A DNA stretch of 61,043 nucleotides, filler included, from Nemertoderma westbladi (Eukaryota > Animalia > Xenacoelomorpha), in the NCBI GenBank assembly GCA_032718475.1. It is 3 parts of 3 records of this genome, joined end to end, with 100 filler letters (N's around TTAATTAATTAA, not from the genome) between each part and the next. Parts side by side here need not be neighbours in the genome. Positions count along the whole stretch, not along the records: positions 43,444 to 61,043 come from JAUCBJ010001289.1; 2 more parts are not named here. One strand, 5' to 3'. The translations under genes were made by a program, and so were the position numbers. Each line of letters starts with the position of its first letter. Position 1 is the first letter of the stretch. The notes below the pieces were generated by a model. It was not told where the DNA came from, made no database searches, and saw only the letters and a program-made list of their open reading frames with translations. Shown piece after piece: positions 48,250-60,256 of this stretch.

Positions 48250-50747
48250 TTAAGTGGTCTAACATCCATGTCGAATTAACATAAGAGTTTAAACGGAGCA
48301 ATGGATGGGTGGTGTATATATTTCAACCCGTCTAGAACAATTCACTCCAAATTAACTTCAGTTTTATCAGGATTATTAGATAAGAATATAATTACTAAGG
48401 CTACAATGCATTATCTACGACCGTCTATCGACCGCTGCCGCTTAGCTAAACCATACGGTTTATGTAAGGTACATAAACCGAATAACCCATTACGTATTAT
48501 TGTCCCCATGCCTTCTACCATGATATATAACTGCAGTAAAACGGTATCTAAGATATTACAACCTGCAGTTGATGACATACCCAAACGTATATCACATGTA
48601 CCTACTTTTGTTAATAATTTCAAAGAGAACTGTGAAGGTAAAGAATACTATCTTGCATCGTTAGATGTTGTATCACTATATAACAATGTTAATGTACAGC
48701 AATTATTGGATATTTTACCAGGTATTCTAGAACGTACGGAACACCGTTGGCGCCTTTTGGTCCCTTGCCTTCGTAAGGTACCTATTGAATCTATTATGAA
48801 ACTTATCAAAATTACCCTAACTAGTACTTATTTCAAGTATAATAATAATATATACAACCAAATATTCGGTCTACCAATGGGTCAGCCTAATGCTGTTAAT
48901 TGTGCAGAACTTTCTATGAATTTTAATGAGAGTTTAGTTTTAGATAACTTTATATTCTCAGATTTATTACTATCGTATGGCCGATATATGGATGATATTT
49001 TGGCCGCATTTTTAGTTAGTATTTTTGATACTGGTTTGGTTTTACAATCATTAGTTGATGATTTCAATACTGTGGATCCTACTGGTAGACTACAATTTAC
49101 AGTAGAACATGAAGATAAGGGTAAAATTAATTTCCTCGATATTGCCATTAAACGCGAAGATACAAGCACTAACCTATCAGTATATAGGAAACCCACTAAC
49201 AGCAACCGTTATGTACCATCCTGTATCTCATGTTCCAAGTACTTTGTTACGTCAAGTCATTTATAGTATGAAGTGTCGTGCACTTAGATACTGTTCCACT
49301 GAAACTCTTTTGAACTCTGAAATCAGCCTTCTAAAGGATATATTTTTAAATAATGGATACCCCGAATCTCTAATAAACTCAGTCTTATTCACTCACCCTA
49401 CTGTAAAAAATTAACCGTCTGCTGATGATGGTATAACATGCGTTATTCCTTATATCAGTACTGTATCTCCTCAAATCAAATCTATTTTAAAAAAAGTTGG
49501 TTTCAATACCTACAGTTTATTCGTATTATCATAAATTAGGTCAGTATCTTTTCAATAAATATTACGGCCCAAATGCAACAACAGATGCTAATATTTTTCA
49601 TATGCAGTCACTTATATACAATATCTCTTGTGCCGGCTGCCCCGTAAATAGTTATATTGGTAAAACAGTTCGATATTTATCTAGCCGGTAGTACCAACTT
49701 ATGAATCGATTTATATTCGAGCAAAAAAGGACAATTTATTAAATTCTAACAAAGATTTAGAATATTCTAAGTATGTGTCTCCTGAATGGGATCCAATATT
49801 ACCTTTCCTATGAATTTTTTCCTTGTAACTATTTTTCGAATGTGCACCTGATTATGTACCTAATTAATTTACTTTAACTATTTCCACATTGGTGCATTTT
49901 TTGTAAATTAGAACAACAAAATACATATACTTAATTTACCTCTCATATTAATTTTTTCACTTGGTGTCACTAATTTTTTCACTTGTTGTAACTATTTTTC
50001 AAATGTGAACCTGATTTTGTACCTAATTAATTTACTTTAACTATTTCCACATTGGTGCATTTTTTGTAAATTAGAACAACAAAATACATATACTTAATTT
50101 ACCTCTCATATTAATTTTTTCACTTGGTGTCACTAATTTTTTCACTTGTTGTAACTATTTTTCGAATGTGCACCTGATTTTGTACCTAATTAATTTACTT
50201 TAACTATTTCCACATTGGTGCATTTTTTGTAAATTAGAACAACAAAATACATATACTTAATTTACCTCTCATATTAATTTATTCACTTGTTGTAACTATT
50301 TTTTCAAATTTGCACCTGATTCTGTACCTAATTAATTTCCTTTAACTATTTTCACATTGGTGCATTTCTTGTAGACTAGAACAACTACTACACATACAGT
50401 ACTTAAATTACATTGGTGCATTTTTGGTAAATTAGAACAAAATATTCAAGCTTCTACTACAAAACTACTACATATACTTAATTTAATTATACATTTATCC
50501 TTTCATACATATCGTCTTCGCTCATTAATTCTACAGTAGACTATTAACTCCATGTAATGTTTTCAATTTGACCTTTAGCGGGATTTTCAAATTAGTGCAA
50601 TTTATAATTTCTGATAGGCCAACGTACCGGTTATTAAATTACAGCCTGAAGACGGTCATCCGTAAGGAGATCGAAATATAGCAAGAAACTGAGTTTTTTC
50701 TATATACACCACCCATCCATTGCTCCGTTTAAACTCTTATGTTAATT
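48250..50747 (+). mobile_element. 5'-truncated Penelope-like element (RT + GIY-YIG) with inverted pLTR fragment
   Basis: RT motifs YGLCKVHK, SLDVVSLY, GLPMG, RYMDD, INFLDI, VYRKPT (48301-49266); GIY-YIG remnant LIYNISC..C...YIGKT.R...R (49497-49691); 47-bp inverted repeat 48274-48320 vs 50701-50747; aattttgataaat at both junctions. Confidence 0.9.
49820..50450. repeat. ~163-bp tandem repeat (~3.5 copies) in the Penelope 3' region
   Basis: tgtaactattttt..aatgtg.acctgatt at 49824, 49987, 50150 and 50291. Confidence 0.9.
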
Positions 50748-52913
50748 TTGATAAATACTATAAATATTGTTAAATATTATATTAGAACACGTATAAGCTA
50801 CCAAATGTTGATAAATATAGTTGTTCTAGAACATTTTTAGTAAAAAAAATTATCATACAACCCTTATTTAAAAAATTGTTACTATCGATATTTTTACTCT
50901 CGATATTTTTCAACATTCTATATTTTTTTCAACACTCGATATTTTTACTCTCGATATTTTTCAGCACTCGATATTTTTCAACACTCGATATTTTTCAACA
51001 CTCGATATTTTTACTCTCGATATCTTTACTCTCGATATTTTTCAACACTCGATATTTTTACTCTCGATAATTTTCAACACTCGATATTTTTACTCTCGAT
51101 ATTTTTCAACACTCGATATTTTTACTCTCGATATTTTTCAACACTCAATATTTTTACTCTCGATATTTTTACTCTCGATATTTTTCAACACTCGGTATTT
51201 TTACTCTCGATATTTTTACCCTCGATATTTTTACTCTCGATATTTTTTGAACTCTCGATATTATCGTTATTTTTCAACACTCGATGTTTTTACTCGCGTT
51301 ATTTTTACTCTCGATATTTTTCATGTCTCGATATTTTTCAATATAACCAGCATAGCATAAGCAGTATAAATAAAATTACAAAAAATCTAGCTGATTGTTG
51401 CTATAGAAAACTCGTCACAAGGTTGTGTTAATTCTTGTGATTCCTTGAAAACTACTGTAGTTGTTACCATGTAACAACAATCCGTTGCTAAGGTAAACTC
51501 GTCATTACTATATAATCGTCGCCGTTGCTAAGGATAAACTTACCGTTGATATGGAAAAAACATAACATAGTTGATTGCCACTGTAAAACTCACCATTTAT
51601 GTACTGTATAAAATATGTCTTTATTGTTGTGAAAAGACCACGGTTACAATGAAAACACGTCGTTGCTAAGCTAAAGTTGCCGTTGCTATGCACAAATTAT
51701 CATTGTTATTAAAAACATGCCTTCACTACAGATAACTTGCTTCTCATATATAAAACCTATGCAAAAAACAGGTTAATATGCTATGAAAAATGTTCTTATG
51801 AAAAACCCCCGGTTGCTATGGTAAACTTTCGTTGCTAAGAACATAAAGTAAATTAAAATATATTTTAGTGATTTGGTAATGTCCCATATTTTAAAATTTG
51901 ACTGAACTGCACAATTTAAAAAATTTTGGGAAACCCAACAGTTATTCCCGTATTAGGAGGAAAACTCCCGTTGCTATGGCCATAAAACATGACTTTGTAA
52001 AATAGAATAACTACAGAAGACCCCAAGCAAAAAAAAAAAGAATATAACCACAAAACACCCCATATACTTTTAATTATCAAAAATACTTAAATTATTAACC
52101 TCTAAGGCGAATGAAATAACAAAACGATAATGGAAATACATAAATAATAAAATATGCCCGTTGCTATGGTAACAATAGAATAATGACTTCGCTTGTGATC
52201 ATGAATGTTGACTATATAACATATTGAAATGCATCTGAAATACATACGACATGTTTCTTACGGATATTCTACATATTACAAAATGTTTCCCGTTGCTATG
52301 GTAATAAGAAAAGACCTGCTGCGTCGGTTATCGTCTTGGGTTATGAATATGTAAGGTAATTGATCCTAAATGGATTTCTTTTTAAACTGATAGTAACTAT
52401 ATCTATATTATGTAAAGTGATGAAACATTGCACAAGGTTATTTTTTGCTAGTTTCCATGGATACATGGCAACTGCTAATCCATTTTTAAGGCACCACCAT
52501 TGAAAATATAGAGGGTCTTATTGACAATATATTTGGAATGTTTCATGATTTTAGCCCAAGGGGAACACGTATTTGGCAATGGTTTAGAAAACTATTGAAA
52601 TTTACAAAAAGTCAAAATAAAAACGACATTTGAAGACGTATTTCGAACATTCTAAAATGTACCTCAATGGATTCTCTGATGCCGGTTTAGGGGGGGGTCG
52701 GCCAAGGTTAGAATTCTGTAGATCAATAGAAAGTGGTATTTTGCAAATGACCTCCTGTTGCCATGGTGAAACGGGACCCAAAAATTCACAATGGATCTTG
52801 GCATCAGACGGATTGGGAATCAACACACTCGATTTAGCTGAAAACCCTTGGATGCCAGCCATTACCCAAATTTGCCTTCGCCATCATTATTTCGGCAAAA
52901 AGGAACCAGACTA

Positions 52914-54856
52914 ATATTATTGTTATCATTTGAAAAATAACATTTTAATTACCTAATTATTCTTATTATATTCTGGAACATTTATCTATGAAAGCTGGGT
53001 ACCAATGCAATATCTTTTTGTGGTGAATATGTGACAAAAGTAACTATACTGAAAGAAACATTTTCTCTAGTTTTCATTACCCTAACTTTTCAATCAATTT
53101 ATCGCAAATACCTTTCAAAGAAACCTGAATGTTAATATATTAGTAGGGATGTGAGTCAGGAAATGTTAGGGAAATTTCCTATACATTTTTACGGAAATTT
53201 CCTGTACATTTTCCGGAAATTTCCTATTTTATTAATTATTTTATTAAGCACATTCTGAAAACATATAGTATAACACAAGTAGAATAAACATTAAAATAAG
53301 GGTTCCTGCTTAGATATGTTTATTTGGTTCGTTGTCTTGTCTCTTGTGATCGTGACTACGGATGAAAATACTTTTCCGGAAATTATTAGAATTTTCCTTA
53401 AAAAACATAGTTCCTTAAACATCCCTCACTATATTAGACAACGAAATTTTAAAAATTTGAAGAATGTTCCTGTTTTTAACAGTACAAAACATTTGATCAA
53501 AAAATGCAAGAATCGACAGTGAAAAAAACCATGATCCAAAAAATCTGATGATATTAAGAATTTCAATTGCATGTTTCTATATTTAGAAACATGGAATTTA
53601 CATAGCTACTAGATAACTGTTAGTGAGAGTTTTCCCAAAAAATTAATGCATAAAAGTTTGTTCCAATGTCTATCGAATAAACTATGCACTTCTACGTTTC
53701 CAGAGTAACGGAAATATGTCCAACCATTTTATCACTTTTATTATGACTTTGCTGGTACAATATAGGACGCTTTTTAACTGTGTTCATTTTATTCCCTTGA
53801 ATTGAATTACAGCTTATTGCTAAATTAATTATATTATTCTGCAAGTTACTATTTCGATCATAATGCTCAGCTATTCTACCCAATGCACACATGAGCTTTC
53901 CCTTAGCCTTTAACCCTTTGCGCACGTCAGGCGGGCTGGGCCTGTTGATACTTGTCTGGCATACGGGCACTGCCCGTCACTGTTCTATATTGAATTGCAA
54001 GTCGTGGCCAATGGGTATTTATTGCAAATACGTGAAAATTTTAAATAGTTAATAACAATAATAATATTATATTAATAATATTAAACTAATAATAAATAAT
54101 TATATTACAAAAATACAGTATTTTTCACCTCTCTTTAATCCGTATTTTTCTTGAAGTAGTAAAAGAGAGTCAGTCCAGGGTGATTTTTCTGTTCGAGGGT
54201 ATAACGGAACTGTTTCTGCAGCTGCTAACTAATTAACTAATTCTGTGAAGGCAGTATATCCCCCGCAGTAATCTGCCGCCACCTACGATGCAAGAACCTC
54301 ATTACTGTTTCTCAGCTGTAGTGTGTATCTCATGCTGTTGCAACAGCGAGGACCAATCATGCTGTTTGTTAGTTCTGTTAGACTTGCAGACTAAGTCTTA
54401 CCTCGGCCACAATAAAACGATAATCGCTGGAGAAGGGGCTAAGCGGACTTAGCTTATCTTGTACAGAGTTCCTATATCTCTTGCGATACAGAATATGGTC
54501 TTTCTGGGACTTATGACCAGTGCGAGTCCATAGTTTTCCTGTTCGCTTTGTCTTTGTCAGCCCATCACCTTGGCTTTCGAAGATAGAAATACGGTCGTAT
54601 CCTCTACCTTTGTTTCCTATTCCCACCATCAATCCTTGTCAGGCGACCTGGAAATTGTCACAGTCGAGGAAATGACTCGCACGATATAGATGGTGGGAGT
54701 TGATAGATAATAAATAAGAATTATAGAGAGGCCAAAATAGTATAATGTTTTGCTCAATAATATAATAATGACACAATATAATAATGACAGTGCAAGATTA
54801 ATATCATAAGACATTGACTGACAGGTGTTCATCTATCACTTAACAACTACCACCGC
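52914..54856. repeat. Right arm of the 1943-bp inverted duplication
   Basis: Reverse complement of 43455-45397. Confidence 0.92.
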
Positions 54857-55149
54857 ATAGTGTGAGTTTATTAGGAAATAATTAACTTTAAATCCCCCCC
54901 ATGCGGTGCAATATAATACAGTCCACTACCACACTCTACTCGCCACTACCGCATAGCGTGCTACATAGCTGATGTACTCTAATAACATGCCATCACGCCA
55001 TATTATATTGGTATCTCTAGTCCTCCATAATAAATTATAAATAATAATTATAAATAAATAATAAATCCTTATAAATTAATTCGAGTAATAATACATAGAG
55101 ATCTTTCAGCTGATTAAACTCCGCCGCTTTACAGTCTTAATGGTTGCCA

Positions 55150-56330
55150 TTCTATCCGGTTTTAATTGGGAGGATATATTTCTAATTACGATGATTTAGT
55201 TAACAAATTTCAGGATCTCGGAGAAAACAGGAGATGCGACACCTACACCGAACAACATCATTCTCTCCGGGATAACAACAATGCCAATCCCGCCAAACTC
55301 CGCGAGATATGTCTGCACAAACAGATTGACTACCAGCAGCTTCTTCAACTATTTACGGACTCAAACTAATTTACAATCAATGAAGTTACACAATTTACAA
55401 TTTACAATGCAATGCAATAAGTCAGCCCCAGTCAGGGTTGGGGAGTCTTATTCCAAGCCACAGGATATTAGTTCGGATACTCAATGGATGAGTGCTAGGT
55501 CATCTGCTATATTCGACATGCAATCATTCGCTATCACAGGTAATCAGAAAATACGGCCTTTCTCACCATTTATATGCTGGCAACACACAGTTCGACATTA
55601 GTTTCTACCTATAAATTATGTATGTATGCTGTAGGTACAACCGAAAATTGTCTCAGAGATGTAAGAATTTGGATGAAGGAAGGACTATTTTTAAAAAATT
55701 ACCACAGATAAACTTCTACTGCAGTCTGGATTCGGTGACCAATTTGCACAGTTGCCGCCTTCAAAGTTAATAACAAGTTTCAAAATCTCAGCAAAACAAA
55801 TGTCCAATGTTGTACCATTTACAACCTCTCTAGAAACAAGCGATATCTCTGCCAACCCGACTTGGAAATCTTAATACATGATTTTTCAGGGTAATGAGAT
55901 ATTAATAATCAACATTATTATGATCACCTGCAAAATATATTACCTAGTTACAATATTAAGAAATCTCTGCCACTCTTCGTCTTCGTCCACGTCTTCAAAA
56001 AGCGAGAACATATAACTCTCGTTCTAAAACGACTTCATTCCTCCCCATTAATACACGGGTGGAATTGGAAACTGGCAATGTTATGTTTCAAGAGTTTAAA
56101 ATGGCTTGGCACCGCACTAACTCAGCAATTTATTGACGTCATACACACCCGGTAGAGAATTACATTGGAGTGCTGACAATATATTAGTAATCCCTCCGTA
56201 CACGCTAGAGAACTATGGGAGGAGGAACGCCTTCTCCATTGCCAGGCCACGTGTTTGTGTCTCATTACTTTAAGACGTTTCGTCAGCCAGTGCCGCTACA
56301 TTGCAAATTTTTACATCGTAACTGAAAACT
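55150..56330 (+). mobile_element. Heavily decayed L2/CR1-group LINE remnant
   Basis: ~55995-56120 resembles the KREHIT.VLKRLH.LPI...FKSL.GLAP C-terminal motif, with frameshifts. Confidence 0.55.
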
Positions 56331-57165
56331 GTTATATATGTATATATTAGTGTGAATATAATTTTTGAACTTCCAACCAACGCGTGCACAGTTCGGCTTT
56401 ACAATAAATTATTAAAATACTGTAAATTATGAATTAAATTAAGCCAACATTGTGGTAAAAATGATTTCCTTAATTAATTGGAAACGGAGAAACAACATGT
56501 TCCTATCTGTTCACAAGAAAGTGCACCCTGTTAAATACTGTATGTAAAATTAGTGGCCTTGGTGAGAAAAAATCCTTTTATAATTGAGATGTCTCGGGTA
56601 AATCAATTAATTAATTATAAAATCTTATCACCGTGTTAATGAACTTGGTTTATCTTTTGGATTATAGAATTGTGTATTTTATTGCGTTCTAGAATTATTT
56701 GCATTCTATAATTTATTGACTTCTAGTTTTATAAGCGATTTATATTCATTGGTTTCTAGAATTCAGTTTATTATATTTGATTATATATATATATATATAT
56801 TTATTAGTTTGCCGCAATAAACAACGCCACTACCGCACCGTCTGTGAGGAATATGATGTGATGGCGTTCAATCACCCCCGTGATCACCCTCCAACGGATG
56901 GGGTCTGGTGCCGAGAGGCCCAGTTTCTCATCACCAAAATAGCAGTGGCCTTGGTTGCGAAGCGCGACGGAATGCTTTATATTGTCATTATATATTTTAA
57001 TTTTTATTTTTATATTGTGTATATACTTTTTTATATGATCAATTCAATCAATTTATTTTGTCAAATCCATCAATCAACCCCACCCCCATATTTATTATTA
57101 GGCCCTTACCAATATACTGTAATATATTATTAATTAAGTTAGATCACACAAAGTTGAATCTGTTT

Positions 57166-57918
57166 CTAAAATACTCCAGTGAAAGTAATCAGCACTACAA
57201 CCGTTTGAATCAATGGAGTAGCCACCACACCTGAACTGATTGCTGTTGTCTCAACTATTGTGGTGTCTTCACGAACACTGCTAGTTGTTGTAGCTAGATT
57301 AACTTCCCAGATTGGAGTTGGACAATCACCAGGGCAACACATAAGTTGGCACGATTCATACTTGACCGTGAACCCATGGATCATAAAGTCTCTAGCATTA
57401 ATCAAAACCCGAATGAGATCATCCTGGTATGTTTCCACATCCTGAAAGCTGTGGTGATCTATTTTAAACCCCTCTTCTACCTGTTTCATAAACGCAGGAC
57501 ATCTGTCTTCACCCAGAGCCAAGCAAAGGCTATGGTGGTCACCACTTTCCTGATCTATGCAAGATTCGAGGACTACCTGGAACATGGCTTCATCCCCAGT
57601 GTCATCATCAATAGCGATATATCGAAAGAAATAAAGAGCACATTCTGTGCAATTGTGAACGATATGATTGATATTATGATGGCGTGTTGTTGTGAATCCA
57701 ACGTTATGAAGCCATTGAAAATTGCTTCTTTCTAGTGAAGCTAATTTGTCAGCCACCTCCAGCTGTAGCTCATCAGTAGTTGCATTGATGGTTACTGATC
57801 CTTCATTATAGCACGAGAAAGTGCCATAACATATGGCAATATTTAGTATAATGTTAATAACACAATGTTGTGATGTATGGAGCTGCCCAATTAGCTGGAA
57901 TATCGCTGAAACCACCAT
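57166..57918 (-). CDS. Putative GPI-anchored Cys-rich surface protein (divergent Ly6/uPAR/quiver-like)
   Basis: 250 aa from ATG 57918. Hydrophobic segment VINIILNIAICYG is followed by FSCY, 10 Cys ending CQLMCCPGDC, a Thr/Ser-rich stalk and a hydrophobic C-terminus with no cytoplasmic tail. True start uncertain. Confidence 0.65.
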   Translation of the reverse strand: MVVSAIFQLIGQLHTSQHCVINIILNIAICYGTFSCYNEGSVTINATTDELQLEVADKLASLERSNFQWLHNVGFTTTRHHNINHIVHNCTECALYFFRYIAIDDDTGDEAMFQVVLESCIDQESGDHHSLCLALGEDRCPAFMKQVEEGFKIDHHSFQDVETYQDDLIRVLINARDFMIHGFTVKYESCQLMCCPGDCPTPIWEVNLATTTSSVREDTTIVETTAISSGVVATPLIQTVVVLITFTGVF

Positions 57919-58492
57919 CCTCCTGGCTAACGCTGATGGGATGTTATCGCTGCCCACCCCATTCAATAAATATTGTTTTTAAAGTTTGATAATATTATAC
58001 CGTAAGATTTCATAATAAAATCATTATTGTTGTATAGTGGTTATGTTGTTGTCTGGTAATACCAATTATATTTTACTGCTACCATTGATCAATTAATAAC
58101 TGAAAGTATATTTTCCAGTAAACCTACAACTGGATAATTAAATTAAAGTAGTAACTATAGTGGTAGATAAAAAAGCAGAATGTAATAATTCAGTCTTAAT
58201 AATTAATTTATAATATTTGGGATCCTTATCGATGATCCTTTCCTCTATACCAAATCCAAATTCTACTACTACCCATATAATTCAGGCTAGACTAGTTTGA
58301 ATTATATGGGTGAGTATTATCTTAAAATTACGCAATAATTTTTATTGTCTGTTTAAATCACTCATGATGTCCTTTTTTTTTACTTTTTATGTCCTCCAGA
58401 AATTTACCGTTAGGTTCCATGCTACCTGTTTCTCTGCTGCTGTTTCATCAGTACGGTGGCCCATAAGTGACAGCCATACAACATTTATAAAA

Positions 58493-58680
58493 CAACATTA
58501 ACATTTAGGTTATCAACATTAACATTTATAAATCATCATTAACATTTAGATTATCAACATTAACATTTAGGTTATCAAAATTAACATTTAGGTTATCAAC
58601 ATTAACATTTATAAATCAACATTAACATTTAGATTATCAACATTAACATTTAGGTTATAAACATTAACATTTAGGTTATC
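58493..58680. repeat. 21-bp minisatellite interrupted by a LINE
   Basis: Unit atcaacattaacatttaggtt, ~9 copies; resumes as atcaacattaacattt at 59956-59971. Confidence 0.88.
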
Positions 58681-59955
58681 TATGTATGCATTGTATTTGT
58701 ATGCTATGTAAATGATATGATAAGTAGTATAGATCCCGATTTTAAACTCATTTTATATGCCGACGACAGTGCTCTTATTTTCTCTCATAAAGATCCTATC
58801 CATATTTCCCAAAAGTTAAGTGCAGTTCTAGAATCCTGTAATGAGTGGTTGGTTGATAATAAGCTATCCATTCACTACGGTAAAACTGAAAGTATTTTGT
58901 TTGGTTCCAAAAGAAAGTTAAAGAAGGTAACTAAGTTTGAAGTCACTAGTAATGGACATAAGATTGAAAATAAAAAGGAAGTTAAATATTTAGGCGCCAC
59001 ATTGGATAACTGCTTATCAGGAGAAAGTACAGTGAAAAATATTTTCTCGAAAGTTAACAGTAGGCTTAGGTTTCTATACAGAAATAAAAATAGTTTGAAC
59101 ACCGACTCCCGCAAGTTACTTTGCTCTTCTTTAATACAGTGTCACATGGACTATGCGTGCTCTTCTTGGTATGAAGGCTTAACCAAACAGCTTAAATGTA
59201 AATTACAAGTAGCTCAGAATAAAGTAGTACGATTTATTAAAGACTACAAACCTAGGCACCACCTAACTCCAGATGACTTTTCTGAATCTGGACTACTTAA
59301 CTTAGATAGTAGAGTTAAGCAGCTACGCCTTAACCATGTGCATAAAGTGTATAATGGTAAATGTCCCAATTACCTAAATCAAAAATTCAACAGAGTACGC
59401 GATACACACTCTTACAGTACCAGAGCTAGTGCTTCAAACTTCTACCTCCCGAATTGTAAATCCTTTGAATCTGATACTTTCTTTTTTAACGGCATTAAAA
59501 ATTGGAACGCTCTGCCTAATGAAATTAAAAACCTAAATAATCAACATTCTTTTAAATCTGCAGTTAAATCTCATCTCCGTGTGCAATGTAAAAATAGGTA
59601 CAATAGTCCTACAGTAAGTTATTAGTTTATTAATTATTTACTATTTATACTGTAATTACGTTTTATAATAAATTGTTCTGTACATTACATCTTTATCGTT
59701 GAGTCGGGCATTGTCACGCTCTCGGTAAAGTTGTACATGTACATAGTGTAATTACGTTTTATATTGGTTTTAGGTTAGCGTAGTGTAATATTGTATTTGT
59801 AACCAAGTAACATAAAGGACCCCCTTGGAAATAAGCTGCAAAGCTTTAGGGGTAATCCTATATGTTATGTTGGACAATACCTTTATACCGGTACATTGTT
59901 TGGTGTATTTGTTATTGTTTTTACATAATGTATAAATAAATCTATCTATAAGTCT
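58681..59955 (+). mobile_element. 5'-truncated CR1/L2-group (Crack-like) LINE
   Basis: Open ORF 58717-59625 contains LYADD, KTESILFG, KYLG, DYACSSW and KNWNALP. 3' UTR stem-loop GGACCCCC...GGGGTAATCC (59817-59858), AATAAA and a tcta tail. Confidence 0.88.
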
Positions 59956-60256
59956 ATCAACATTAACATTTGGTACCGGTAGGCCTACATATTATTCGTT
60001 ACAGAAAACTGAGACAACAGGAACTTACAGTACCGGTATATGATTCGCCACCAATTACACACCATTTACCCTACCGGTATCAACATTTTAGTACCGGTAC
60101 ATTATTTGATACTGAAAACTGAAACAACAGGAACTTACAGCACCGGTACCGGTATCTATCGAACCCTAGACTAGATACTAGTATGGAATTTTGAAATTCA
60201 TACAGTAGGCCTGTGTAGCTCTTAAATTTTGAATAAATCTGGACTTACAAAATACA

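Larger units (their letters stand above)
47325..51348. mobile_element. Foldback/MULE-like element with satellite-built TIRs, nested in Academ
   Basis: Termini GGTAATGGTGAAAAATATCGAGAC / GTCTCGATATTTTTCAATATAACC; 8-bp TSD AGCATAGC (47317-47324, 51349-51356). Arms 47335-48045 and 50885-51340 are made of 15/17-bp units tcgagagtaaaaata / tcgagtgttgaaaaata in opposite orientation. Confidence 0.8.
45398..52913 (+). mobile_element. Non-autonomous Academ (AcademX-like) DNA transposon with ~1.45-kb TIRs
   Basis: Termini TAGTCTGGTTCC...GGAACCAGACTA; imperfect TIRs 45398-~46850 and ~51460-52913. Internal remnant 46916-47240 reads HEEADTR..LH...SRDTDV...FHSITGCDSVS, an XPG-like nuclease domain typical of Academ. 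Confidence 0.75.
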
